DNA from: Fistulifera solaris
Taxonomy: Eukaryota
DNA: 64,000 nt
NCBI GenBank assembly: GCA_030295235.1
Contig: AP026164.1
Location: 1,364,001 to 1,428,000 of the forward strand
Reading direction: 5' to 3'
The position numbers and the translations under genes are program-made. Below are positions 25,186 through 36,418 of the stretch, in pieces (the stretch's first letter is position 1; each line of letters begins with the position of its first letter). Under the pieces are notes generated by a model, which worked only from the letters and a program-made list of their open reading frames with translations, did no database searches and had not been told where the DNA came from.

Positions 25186-25943
25186 TTCAGAGTAAGCAAA
25201 GTGTTAATCTTGCCCCTAGATTGACTGGTTACCATAGCAAAGCTTCGCTCGTGCTTGCAAGCAACTATTCATCTCTCGTTATCATCGCATAGTTGCGTCT
25301 TCCTACGTCTGTACCTACTCAAACGGAGAGGTGACGAATAAACCTCAATTCTGGAAATCAGTCAGGAAGAGCCAAGATGATAACAACCGTCCGTCCTGGG
25401 TCCGCTATCAACAATTATGAGTTTTTTGGTCGAAAAGAAAGAAAAAAACTATTCTACCAGTAACGTTGGTCTTGGCTCGCCCGAAATGTTAGCAAGCCTA
25501 TTTGTTACGAGAAAGGAGATACAAGTACCTGGTACCGGTACCGTACCTGGTACATTGCGTCTCTACTTCTCGATTTACCGGGACGCAAACTAGATACTAT
25601 AAACAAGTGATTGATGACAATTTGGGACGTTCTCTCTAGACGAAGATGTGTCAATGAAAGAATGCAAATCTAGCTAGTATCTGATCCAAGAAAGTTATCC
25701 TTTTAAGTACGGAGTACCTCGAATGACTCGAGACTGAAATGCAGTCGTGGTGAAAAACAGACAACACTTTGAGTCTATAGTATTTTCATCCTGTCAAAGG
25801 GTTTACACCTTTCAAAAAACTTGCACGATGCTTCACGTGTCGTTATTCGGTGCAAGATTCTGTGTGCCTTCACACAATAATGGACTTAAAGATACCACCT
25901 TCGCAATTGAAAGCTATTTTTTACATTTTAAAAAGACTAGATT

Positions 25944-27368
25944 ATGAGCTGTACTGAATTCAAAAGCCGCACTGGTGGATACATTCGTAAATTCGCTGTC
26001 CTTCTATTAATGCTGATTTTAGCGACTCTTCCTACGGCCATCGCCATCGAAGCCAAATGGACTCCAAATGATGAGTCGTCTCAACCCTTACCTCAATCCA
26101 TGAAACAAAGAGAACAATTGCTAGAGTTAGAAAATGCTATTCGCTCCTCTCCCAATCCAGAAGAGACTCTGGTTCGCGTTGCCGAAGCCAATCAAATGGA
26201 ACCTAAGGATTTGTGGGACTTACTGTCACGCAATCGACAGGACCTCGAGGCAGCCGGAGTGCTGACCGGAAATAATACTGGGGGTAGAAGAAATTTAATT
26301 TGGAACATCGTATCGTCGGTTGTCGCTGTAACAGTGAACTCGGCTAGGAGAAACCCGAGATCCTTCCTGTTGACGATCACGGCCCTCAGTTTCATCTTAT
26401 TTGCCGCCATATCGGCGCCTCGTACGGGTCTCGTGATTTCAAATCAACGTCATCTATTCTCTCGTGGACCAACGACGATGTGGAAGCCACCGACTGCTTA
26501 TATTCATGCCTTCTTGGAATCCAAGTCGGGATTGAGTGTCCAGGCTACCAACGTGTTTCCTGATTTGTCTCAAATCCTCAATGGTACAACGGATACGGTC
26601 TGGCACAAATTCAAAAAGGCAGAGACTTCTCACCTGAGACATGTTGCCTGTGTTCAATCTGTCATAGATCCATCAGATTTTGTAGAAAGCGACGGAGAAG
26701 ACGAAGATGACGACATGGTGGAATATGTCATGGAACTCCTCATGGACCAAGCCTCGCAGACGATGGCCTCGTTGGAATTAACAGAATTTCTAGAACCACA
26801 GGGTTCACTTCGTAACGTCGTGGCTCCGGGTAAGAAAATGACGGCGTTGATTGTGTCTCGCCTAGGTGACTGGGGCCGTTTTGGATTACAACCTTTGCTC
26901 GTTACGCACCTGGAATCGTCCAAAAACGAAGAACAGCAAGAAGAGGCAATGGAATTGATTTTGGGAACGATGAAAGGAGGTCATTTTGATGGATACATTC
27001 AAATTGCAGTCCGCTTGAAGAATTCGAAGCTGACCATCGAGACTGCAATGTATTTTCCGAAAAGTGGCAAAGAGTTAAGCCAGTCCTTTGCCTTACGAAT
27101 TGTAGAGCAGCTTAATGCTTCTTTGGAAAAGTCTATGCGCACCCGGACAAAGCAATCTCTAGCTCGGCGGTCGCAATCGTCGAATCTTTCGGGATCAGCG
27201 CGTCGTCAAGCGCTGAAACGACGTCATTCTCGATTTGCCAAGGAGCAAGCAATGGAAGAAATGGCTGCGGAACGACGACGAAGGTGGCAGCGTTCCAATC
27301 CGAATTCGGGGAGCTATAGGCCCAGCGGAGATCGCATGCGTAGCCCGAATAATGCTATTTATAAATGA
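25944..27368 (+). CDS. Hypothetical protein with signal peptide and TM segment(s)
   Basis: 474-aa open ORF with a hydrophobic N-terminus (LLLMLILATLPTAIA), an internal TM segment (FLLTITALSFILFAAI) and a basic C-terminus. Confidence 0.7.
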   Translation: MSCTEFKSRTGGYIRKFAVLLLMLILATLPTAIAIEAKWTPNDESSQPLPQSMKQREQLLELENAIRSSPNPEETLVRVAEANQMEPKDLWDLLSRNRQDLEAAGVLTGNNTGGRRNLIWNIVSSVVAVTVNSARRNPRSFLLTITALSFILFAAISAPRTGLVISNQRHLFSRGPTTMWKPPTAYIHAFLESKSGLSVQATNVFPDLSQILNGTTDTVWHKFKKAETSHLRHVACVQSVIDPSDFVESDGEDEDDDMVEYVMELLMDQASQTMASLELTEFLEPQGSLRNVVAPGKKMTALIVSRLGDWGRFGLQPLLVTHLESSKNEEQQEEAMELILGTMKGGHFDGYIQIAVRLKNSKLTIETAMYFPKSGKELSQSFALRIVEQLNASLEKSMRTRTKQSLARRSQSSNLSGSARRQALKRRHSRFAKEQAMEEMAAERRRRWQRSNPNSGSYRPSGDRMRSPNNAIYK

Positions 27369-27417
27369 GGTCGACTACTTTCATATATTATGTATACAGT
27401 TTGTCAGTTTGAAACCA

Positions 27418-28237
27418 TCATCGGCCGTATTTGCTTTTCCATTCTTTCAGCTTCTTGTGATACTCGCGCCAAGCTTCAATTTCATTTGACTTCATTCGAT
27501 CCCGCATTCCCTTCAAGCAGCAAATACCAAGCAGCATGTATGTTAATCCTACTGCCAGCATAAACCATGACGAGAGCTGCATAAATATAGCTGGCCAACC
27601 CACATGAAATGAATCTTTGTTGTGTGCCAAGATATCCTTCACGCGTTCGGAATAACTCTCTTCGACGCAAATAAGACCGACAAAGGAGTAAAGAATGCCT
27701 CGACTCAAGTAGCTCTGCAACAAATGCGATGACTGAATAAAAGGGATCGGAATATTGACCTCTGTTGAAACAAATAGGATGCAAAAGAATGCTATATACA
27801 CCTTCAGAGCAAGGGAAAGCACACCAATGTCAGTCCCAATGTCGTGAACGAGAAATAGTGGCAGTATCTGGGTCGCGAAAAGGCAAACATCTGTTGCAAT
27901 GGCTATGCCCTCCAGCATGTGAAATAACCACAAACAAGGATTTTGAGGGTGGGACATGGGGTCGTGAAGCCAACGCATCTTTTTGTTCGCATTCTCTCTT
28001 TCCAACAGTGCTCTGCCCTCTTCTTCATCGACAGGATAGTCTTCCCCTTTCAAAGAGCCATAGTCAGCTTTCTGCGCATCGTTTTTATCTTGAAGATGGC
28101 TGACAAGAAATAGAGATCGAACAAATAAGCATCGCCTTATCAGCGAAAACAATGATGTTCGACGATACAACTTACGCTTTGTCATTCTGTGGTTCGAGCC
28201 ACGTTGGGTTTTCATCCGACTCATCTTTGCTACTCAT
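27418..28237 (-). CDS. Four-TM COPI-associated/TVP15-like Golgi membrane protein (intron 28175-28100)
   Basis: Splicing the 76-nt GT-AG intron gives MSSKDESDENPTWLEPQNDKA|HLQD. YIAFFCILFVSTE and SYLSRGILYSFVGL resemble the COPI-associated family. Confidence 0.6.
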
Positions 28238-29313
28238 TGCTAAATCTTGAAACTCTTAATTGTCTTTTCTTGAAAGGAAATGTTGAAAGATTATAGGTCT
28301 AAACCTACTAGTAGCTAATATCATGGACTTCGCACTAATCAATGTCAAAAAAAACCGTGTTGTGTGTTGTGTTCATCATTCGCAGTTTGTACCTCTAGTA
28401 CAAGTACACGCCCTACAAAGGAGTATGCTTCGTAGCCCATATTCTCACTCATGACCTTCAACACGGTTTTCGCCTAATGAAGTCAAAGCCACTCACCACG
28501 CAAGGCTACACTATAAGCAATACTCTATGGTCCCGGAGTAGATCCACACTGGGATAGCTAAGCGACATGCTGCACCAGGTACTGGATAATCTTTGACGCT
28601 TTTTCGAGCGATAGAATTGAATTGGCGTCTTTTGTGGGATGTCGTTATCATTCTTGACTATGCTTCTATGTAAACTTTCATTTACGCTAGAAACCATACC
28701 GTGGCTATGAAATATGAGGTTGGGATGCCCGTCGTCCTGTTGTATCGATCACCAGGGCGTTCTCCTGAGGCATTCGACCGCCCGTGGCAAGATATGTGGC
28801 GCTTACGAACGGCCATCTTCGCTTCCCGACAACTCTCAAATTCTCAAGCTTTCGAATTTTTTGTCTTCCTCGTCAAGTCTTTTCGACTTGATCGTACTAG
28901 TCGCCTCTTCGAAAGTACAAGCTAACATTGATGCGGAAACCCAGAGTTTGATTACAATTGCTCAGGTGTTACTTTCACCCAGTTCCTCTCAGCACTCGAC
29001 CAAATCAAAATGGCCGTGCTTGTGTAGTCACGGCACCTAGCTCAGGGTAAGAACATCGATATTTTCTTTAGATTTCGTCCAGGATAACAATAATGTTTCA
29101 AGTCGCCACTGTAACGCCCTTGGGCGATCAACTTAAATCTACATTCCATTCACATTCATGGCATAAGTTTTGTAAATTTGATATTACAGTTGAAGTAACT
29201 ATTTAGCTTGTCGTCATTCCCGTAATCCGAAATGGCGAATCTAGGGGTTACGCAAGTGATGAGTTGCATATCACCGTGCCGAAAAACAGCAACGGGTTCA
29301 ATGGGTGGTTTTC

Positions 29314-30531
29314 TTATCCCCATCGAAGGATGGCGGCTCCCCATGACAATCCTGCACCAAAGCCAGCACAAGCAATGACATCTCCCTTCTTTACTTTTCC
29401 ACTTCGAACAGCGGCATCAAGCGCCAAAGGAATGGATGCCGCACTGGTATTTCCGTACTCATTGAGGTTCGTGATAACCTTTTCCATGGGAATGCCTAGT
29501 CGCTTGGCAACCGTTTCCATAATACGAATATTGGCCTGGTGCAATAAGAGAAAGTCAACATCATCTACTGTCATTCCTGCCGCATCTAAAGCCTCCGATA
29601 GCACCTCCGGGACTTCACGTGTTGCGAATTTGTACACTTCTTTGCCGTTCATAAATAAGCTATTGTAAGAAGCTGAACTAATGACAGTCCCTTCACCCGG
29701 TGTGGCCACAGTGCGCGGCTTTCCGAGATAGCTATTGAGCGATTGCGAAGCATGAATGTGAGTCAAAAGTAAGAATCTTCTTAATGAAAGCAATTCCTCG
29801 CCTTACCTGCAGTTCAACTCAACATTGCCTGCTCCATTTGATCGAGCCGCATAGCCGAGAAGACCTGATGCAGCGCTGTCTCCTTGGGGTGTGCTCTCCA
29901 AGACCATTGCACCTGCTCCATCACCAAACAAAATGCATACATTTCGGTCTTCCCAATCGACCCATCGAGACAAAGCATCAGCACCCAGCACAAGAGCTCT
30001 TTGTGGCTTGTCGCCGGACGTCAAAAACTTTCCAGCCGTAACCGAGGCAAAGAGGAATCCGGAGCACGCGGCCGTCAAATCGAAAGCCACCGTACTTGTC
30101 GGGCAACCCAACTTGTTGGCAATATTAGGCGCATCACCAAACATGTCATCGGGAGAGCTTGTGGCACAAATGACAAGGTCGAGTTCTTCCGGTTTGACGC
30201 CCGCCATTTCGAGGGCGTTTCTGCCGGCGATAACAGCCAAATCGTGCAATTTCTCCGTCGATGTCAGCACATGTCGCTGAGCAATTCCTGTACGAGTTTG
30301 AATCCATTCATCCGTTGTGTCCACAACTTTCTCTAAATCAAAGTTTGTGATGGTAGTGTCGGGAGCAGCAGATCCAATGCCGATAGGTCTGCAGTGCATT
30401 AAGCCGGAGCTTGCCGCTAGAGATGTCGACGACTGAGTTTTCGAGCTCGTAATGGTAAAAGCAGAAGAGCCCGTGAGTGAAAGAAAGCCGAGGGCAATTG
30501 TGAAGGATTTTTTTGTAATGATCATTTTCAA
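29314..30531 (-). CDS. fabH: Plastid 3-oxoacyl-ACP synthase III (KAS III); intron 29806-29732
   Basis: Bipartite presequence (SLTGSSAF). Motifs [13 protein letters not shown], catalytic [17 protein letters not shown] and GNTSAAS, ending GFGAGLSWG. Confidence 0.96.
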
Positions 30532-30896
30532 ATATTATTCTTGTAAAAGGTAGCAACGTTTTAATCGTCGGACTTCAAGTTCAAGAGAATAATTGCTTGA
30601 TTGTGACGATTTCTTTTACTCGGCCGATGGAACAGTAAGGCACAATCGTTGGCTTTTTGTATACTATCTATCTCCTTGACGAAATCCAGCCTTTTCCTCC
30701 GACAGAGTGATGGCGACAATCGTTTGATTGACGTCGCCTTGGGATGAAAGACGAGGATAGGTCGATGACGAAGGTGCCGATGTGAGAAAACGCATGTTGA
30801 CTTGCGTCGCTTTCTCGTGCCGTCACATACGTAATCCGTGACTCACGGGTCTCATGACTGATCCAGCAATCGAGTAAGGTTCTACCCGACCCCGCC

Positions 30897-30980
30897 CAGG
30901 TACCGGTACCGGTTCCGGTACCGTACCGGTACCTGCCATGCTACCGTACCGGTACAAGTACTGTACCGGTAACTAGTACA
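30897..30980. repeat. GTAC/GGTACC-rich low-complexity tract in the fabH-MDR divergent intergenic region
   Basis: caggtaccggtaccggttccggtaccgtaccggtacc...gtaccggtacaagtactgtaccggtaactagtac. Confidence 0.8.
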
Positions 30981-31062
30981 CGAAATCGTCCGATCGGAAG
31001 ATCGATACGCAGAAAACAGCTGTCATTACATTTGATCCTATTCAACTTCGAATGCACATAAA

Positions 31063-32172
31063 ATGGCAACCATGCTCGCATTCAGCATTGAAAAACCCGG
31101 AGACAATTACGGAAAGGTCATTACGATTCCCAGGCCAACACTGGACGGCCCGGGCTTTGCTTTGATTCGTGTCTTGCGCGCCGGAGTTTGCAACACGGAT
31201 CTCGAGATTTTGCAGGGTTACATGGGTTTTACGGGGGTACTCGGTCACGAATTTGTGGGTATTGTGGAGGAAGTGCACGATTCGAAAGATGCAGATTGGA
31301 TTGGGAAACGTGTTTGCGGTGATATCAATGTTGGATGCGCCGCGTGTGGCGTTTGTGACAAACAGTATGATCACCGGTGCAGTCAGATGAGTCGCAACCA
31401 TTGCCCCAATCGCAGTGTTTTAGGGATTCTCGGGAGAAATGGAAGCATGGCCGAGTATTTGACGCTGCCGGTTCGAAATCTGCATCCTGTTCCGGATGAC
31501 ATGCCCGATGAAGTCGCTGTATTTTCGGAACCACTCGCAGCGGCGTGTCGGATTGTGGAACAAGGACTCGTCTCTTACAATGATCCCCCCGATAAGGTAG
31601 CAATTCTGGGTGACGGGAAACTGGGACTCATGATTGCGGAAGTACTGGGGCGTGAGCATACGGAGCGTGTCGGCAATGCACTAGACGCACCCGTCCTGTT
31701 TGGAAAACACGAGCACAAGCTGCAGTTGGTAAGCGACGCGGGTGTTATTACCAAACTGATAAAAGAGTGCCAAGATAGCTCTGCTTTCAATGGAGTTTCT
31801 CCTGCTTACGCTGGAAAGTTTGATGTTGTCGTTGATGCTACCGGAAGTCCCGATGCTTTAGCTTTATCCGCTGCACTTTGTCGACCGATGGGGACACTGG
31901 TGTTAAAGAGCACGTGCGCTTCTACACCCGAAAAACCCTTTAACTCGGCTCCATTTGTGATTGATGAATTAAAAGTAGTGGGATCAAGGTGTGGACCCAT
32001 CGATAGGGCACTTGCTTTACTGGCGATCCCTGATTCCGACCCGAACAGGAGGTCCCTGAACGTTGCCAAATATATTACAAAATCATTTCCATTATCACGG
32101 GCTGACGAAGCTATTCGTTGCGCCGCGGCAAAATCCACAATGAAAGTTCAGATCATATGTAATGAAACGTGA
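31063..32172 (+). CDS. Zinc-dependent medium-chain dehydrogenase/reductase (threonine-DH-like MDR), intronless
   Basis: Catalytic Zn motifs GVCNTD and GHEFVG, structural Zn CAACGVC...C, EPLAAA, Rossmann GDGKLG, and VVGSRCGP. Confidence 0.9.
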   Translation: MATMLAFSIEKPGDNYGKVITIPRPTLDGPGFALIRVLRAGVCNTDLEILQGYMGFTGVLGHEFVGIVEEVHDSKDADWIGKRVCGDINVGCAACGVCDKQYDHRCSQMSRNHCPNRSVLGILGRNGSMAEYLTLPVRNLHPVPDDMPDEVAVFSEPLAAACRIVEQGLVSYNDPPDKVAILGDGKLGLMIAEVLGREHTERVGNALDAPVLFGKHEHKLQLVSDAGVITKLIKECQDSSAFNGVSPAYAGKFDVVVDATGSPDALALSAALCRPMGTLVLKSTCASTPEKPFNSAPFVIDELKVVGSRCGPIDRALALLAIPDSDPNRRSLNVAKYITKSFPLSRADEAIRCAAAKSTMKVQIICNET

Positions 32173-32612
32173 GCATAGCAGTTTAACTTGTACAGATACT
32201 AGTACAAGTATTCATTTCTCTACACGCAATCATCGCGTGATTCACTTTTGGGAAAGCAGTCACGCATTATAAAGTGTCCGTTACGACTGTAGGACAGACA
32301 GTGCATGACGTCGTCTTCAGCAAAGGGGGTCCGTGACTTACGTCATTGACCGTAAGATCGTCGTATGAAGCAGACCGAGCACACGCACCGAGTTGACCCC
32401 CGTCATCGTGTTGATGAAGCTCGACGTCTTTCTCTCAAGGCTTTCCGATCAAAAGAGAGACGACATCAAACAACGCCTGAATCGTCGCAAAATACGAACT
32501 GAAGACGTAAAGCAAGAGCTGATTGCAGCCGTTGCTTTCTTGAAAATCACAATCAATTGATTCCGATCGCATCCTTTTGTTAAGCCAATTCACAAGAAAA
32601 CATTATACAACA

Positions 32613-34251
32613 ATGAAGTTTTCGGTTGTTGTTCTCGTATCCTTCCTGACCGTGTCGGAAGCGTTCACTCCTCTTCAAAGTCAAGGTAGGTTGGCTACGC
32701 GATTGAGTCTAGAAGAGTCGTTTCGACAGACATGTCAGCAAATCATGTCAAAGATCGCAGCATTGCTACTTCTTTCTCAAGTATAGCGATTCAAATTTGC
32801 CGCTACAATATACTAAGGCCGCTTGGCGATCGGTATGAAGATTGATGTCTTACAATTTTTTCTTTTCTCGTGTCTTGCAGCAGTTTCTCCTCGACTTTCC
32901 TCCACTGAATTGAATGCTCGACGAGTCGTCGTGACTGGAATGGGTATCACTTCCTGCTTGGGTAACACGTTGGAAGATGTCAAAAACTCTCTTTACAATG
33001 CCGAGTCCGGTATTACCTTCAATGAGGAATTTGCGGCACTCGGAATTAAATCACAAGTAGCCGGTGTGCCCGCCTTGACCGAAGCTGATTTCACCGAACT
33101 CATCCCCAAGGCGACCCTGCGATTCTGCGGAACCAATGCCAAGTACGCTTACATCGCCATGGATCGTGCCATCAAAGATGCTGGTCTCAAACCGGAAGAC
33201 TACGAAGAAAACCCCCGTGTTGCCTCTATTATTGGACAGGGTGGTACCAGTATTCCGGATATTGTCGAAACGGTCACTGCGGTCGAAGCGGGTGGACGCT
33301 GGAAGAACAAGGTGGGTCCGTTCCGTGTCACCCGATCCATGGGATCGACCTGTTCGGCGGTCTTGGCGACTGCTTTCAAGACACAGGGTCCTAGTTATTC
33401 TATTTCATCCGCCTGTTCGACTGGTGCACACTGCATTGGAACAGGTTTCGAACAAATTCAACTAGGAAAGGCCGATATGGCATTTTGCGGAGCTGGTACG
33501 TCTTTGAAGTGCAAGGGCTTCCCGAGTGCTGGGAACTAGGTCTCACCCACCGCTCTTGTGAATCGTTGTCCCATTAGGTGAGAATGTGAACTGGCAATTT
33601 ACAAGTATGTTCGATTGCATGGGTGCTTTGAGCACATCTTACAACGACACCCCCAAAACTGCTTCTCGTGCTTTCGACAAGAGTCGTGATGGATTCGTCA
33701 TTGCCGGAGGTGGTGGAATGATGGTTTTGGAAGAATTGGAACACGCTAAGAAACGTGGTGCCAAAATCTATGCGGAATTGGTCGGTTACGCTGCCAACTC
33801 GGATGGTTACGACATGGTTGCACCATCCGGTGTAGGTGGAGAACGCTGCATGGAATTGGCGATGGAGAATGCTAAAATGAACGCTGACGACAAACCAGTT
33901 GATTACATCAACACACACGGAACAAGTACACCGGTAGGTGATGTTATGGAACTTGGTGCCATCAAAAGACTATTTGAAAAGAAGGGTTACACACCATACG
34001 TTGGATCGACCAAGTCGCTCTCGGGTCACTCATTGGGAGCAGCCGGTATCCATGAGGCAATCTACACCTGCCTCATGATGGATAACGACTTCATGGCCGA
34101 ATCCGCCAACATTAATGACTTGGTAGACGAGGCGGAAGGCATGAACATCCTTACTAGCAGAAAGGACGGCCCATTCAAGCGAGCTATGTCGAATAGTTTC
34201 GGCTTCGGCGGAACCAACTGCGCTCTTATCTTTGACAAGTACGAAGAGTAA
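32613..34251 (+). CDS. fabB: Plastid 3-oxoacyl-ACP synthase I (FabB-type KAS); introns 32686-32880 and 33496-33577
   Basis: Presequence [20 protein letters not shown]. Motifs [30 protein letters not shown] (catalytic Cys), [19 protein letters not shown] and [10 protein letters not shown], matching the FabB subtype. Confidence 0.95.
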
Positions 34252-34454
34252 ATACAGAATATCACGTTTGCTGTCAAAATCAAAACAGCAACGAGACGCC
34301 TATCAAATAGCTACTTGGTTTTATTTTCTTCAGTTGACGAAAGATACTCATATGTAGTGACCCTAATATTTAGTGATCCTCTTCTCATGAAGAGTTGCGG
34401 AATGCTCATTACCTATCAATAATGCTCTTATGATATTGCGGTCATTTCGCCCTT

Positions 34455-35819
34455 TTACCGGAGTCGAAGGTCGAGTGGCTCTTCGTCGATTTCCGTCAAA
34501 CCTTGCTCATCGGTATGATGCAACACCCCCAGTGCCGAATTCATGACCCAATCAATTTGGTTTTCGAATGATCTCACACTCCCCGATGTAGAATCATCAT
34601 CAAGTCTATCCCAGATTTCACCTGATCCAAGTCCCGATTGGAGTCGATGTTTTCGGCCATCACTGTCGTCTTCCTCTGGCTTTTGACCCCTTTCCCACTG
34701 CGGATTGAATTCCACAGGATTTTTTCCGGGACGTTCGGCAATGAAGACTCCACCTTCGGGAACATAGCGCTCCAGCTCTTGTGCGGACATGTCATCCTTT
34801 TCTTTCGGGTAATCGATGACACGTCCAGGGTGATCCCAGTCTGGATCTTCTTCCGGATCTTTAGGCGGCACTGGTCTCAATTTGAAGCCAGGTTGGAGAT
34901 GCTCCGGCGGAGGGATGAGCCCGGCCCCGTACCGTTTACGTCCTTCCTCGTCATACTCATCTCCAATCGGCCCTCCACCACGGCGCTTGCGACCATCCTC
35001 GTCGTATTCGGATTCGTCTTCCAATCCTCTACTCAAGGGAACTGCTCCTGCCACCATGACTGGAGAGATAGGATTTTCTTCATCAACACCAGGGGGCATC
35101 GATCTGAGCTGTGACGCGGCCAACGGTTGCTCTGGATCAGGCTCGTAGCCATCCTCTTTCTCTTCTTCTTCCTCAAGCTCTCGTGCTATCTTCCTTCTGT
35201 ATCCACAAGCACAGCAACAGCAAAGCAATAAGAGCAACGCGGCTGCAATGAGTGCCCAAAGAGCTTCTTTGGGAAAACCGCCATCATCTTGTTTAGGCGG
35301 AGGAATAGTGAACAGGATCGGAAGTGGCGGAACGGGTGCCTCTTCGCGTTCATCGTCAATTGGCGGGCAGTTGAACGGAGGGAGTGTTTCGTCCGTGACG
35401 CGACAGGCGGATGTTAGATAGTTCTGTTGCTCGGCCGTTCTATCTGGATTAATGGCACCAGCGGTTCGAATCTGAGCATTTTCACCGAGGCAGCATTCAA
35501 CTGGAGCCCCTTGTTCTGCACGGCAACCGCATGAAATCAGGTTGAATGCTATTCTTTGCTGAAGTGTCAGAGCCGGATTTTCTATGCATTTTCGCTTCGA
35601 GTATTCCTGAATGAAGCCAAGATACTCATCTTTTTTGATAAGACCATCGCCGTCCACGTCAGCTGTGATCAAATCGGCAAAGCACCCCGGGAAGTCGATG
35701 AATCGATCGGGTTCTTCATAGAAGTCAGAGTTAGGATCGGGTTCGACTTGGGCTTCCTGGGCATTTGACAAATGTGAAAATACCGACAGAAATAATAAGA
35801 GTGGGAATACGCGTTGCAT
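34455..35819 (-). CDS. Type I membrane protein: signal peptide, EF-hand-like/8-Cys ectodomain, TM + Cys cluster, acidic cytoplasmic tail (paralog A)
   Basis: 454-aa ORF with signal MQRVFPLLLFLSVFSHLSNA, loop DVDGDGLIKKDE and TM ALWALIAAALLLLLCCCCAC. Confidence 0.8.
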   Translation of the reverse strand: MQRVFPLLLFLSVFSHLSNAQEAQVEPDPNSDFYEEPDRFIDFPGCFADLITADVDGDGLIKKDEYLGFIQEYSKRKCIENPALTLQQRIAFNLISCGCRAEQGAPVECCLGENAQIRTAGAINPDRTAEQQNYLTSACRVTDETLPPFNCPPIDDEREEAPVPPLPILFTIPPPKQDDGGFPKEALWALIAAALLLLLCCCCACGYRRKIARELEEEEEKEDGYEPDPEQPLAASQLRSMPPGVDEENPISPVMVAGAVPLSRGLEDESEYDEDGRKRRGGGPIGDEYDEEGRKRYGAGLIPPPEHLQPGFKLRPVPPKDPEEDPDWDHPGRVIDYPKEKDDMSAQELERYVPEGGVFIAERPGKNPVEFNPQWERGQKPEEDDSDGRKHRLQSGLGSGEIWDRLDDDSTSGSVRSFENQIDWVMNSALGVLHHTDEQGLTEIDEEPLDLRLR

Positions 35820-36418
35820 TTTGCCGCCCCCGCAAGTTGGTTTCTTTGGCGTTCGAGAAGAATTGACTTGTTTTCAATAACCCTCTTTTGCGTCTTTCGT
35901 TGACAACAAACTGTTTCCTTGGGTCTTTTTCTTCAGGTCTTTTTCGTTCGTCAATCGTCAATCGACGAATGAATAATGAAGAACGAAGAAGCCCATCAAA
36001 CAATCAACAGTCTGAGATTTAGCAATTGCTCGTATCCGATGTCCGAGTATTAGTGGTCATGTGCACAATTGCGTCTATACGGCTAGGCAACGGAAATATC
36101 GACCATACTCGATGTACAATCCTCAAAATGATTTCATACGATTTTTATTACCGATAAGATAGAAAAGGAACGATTTGTGACGAAATTCAGCGGAACGAAA
36201 TGACCCTTGGGATTGAGTTCAAAATTGGCCAACGAAGCCGAAATTTACCGCCAACGGAAACCGCCAAATTCTCCATCCAAATTGCTAGGGTCCAAAACAA
36301 ACTCTAGCTAACCCTTTTGAAAGCAATCGGTTGCCACACACTATCGCGTTTGCCACTTAAAGGAATGAAATAGAAAAACAAATACGCATTAATCTTTTGA
36401 TAGTTCAAATATGGAAAA

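Noticed and set aside
28500..29150. Intergenic stretch with coding-like composition downstream of fabH
   Set aside because: Only short interrupted frames with no identifiable homology by eye.
30897..30980. Repeats as a possible CRISPR array or telomeric repeat
   Set aside because: No constant repeat-spacer structure, no cas genes, no TTAGGG-type array, and the context is eukaryotic.
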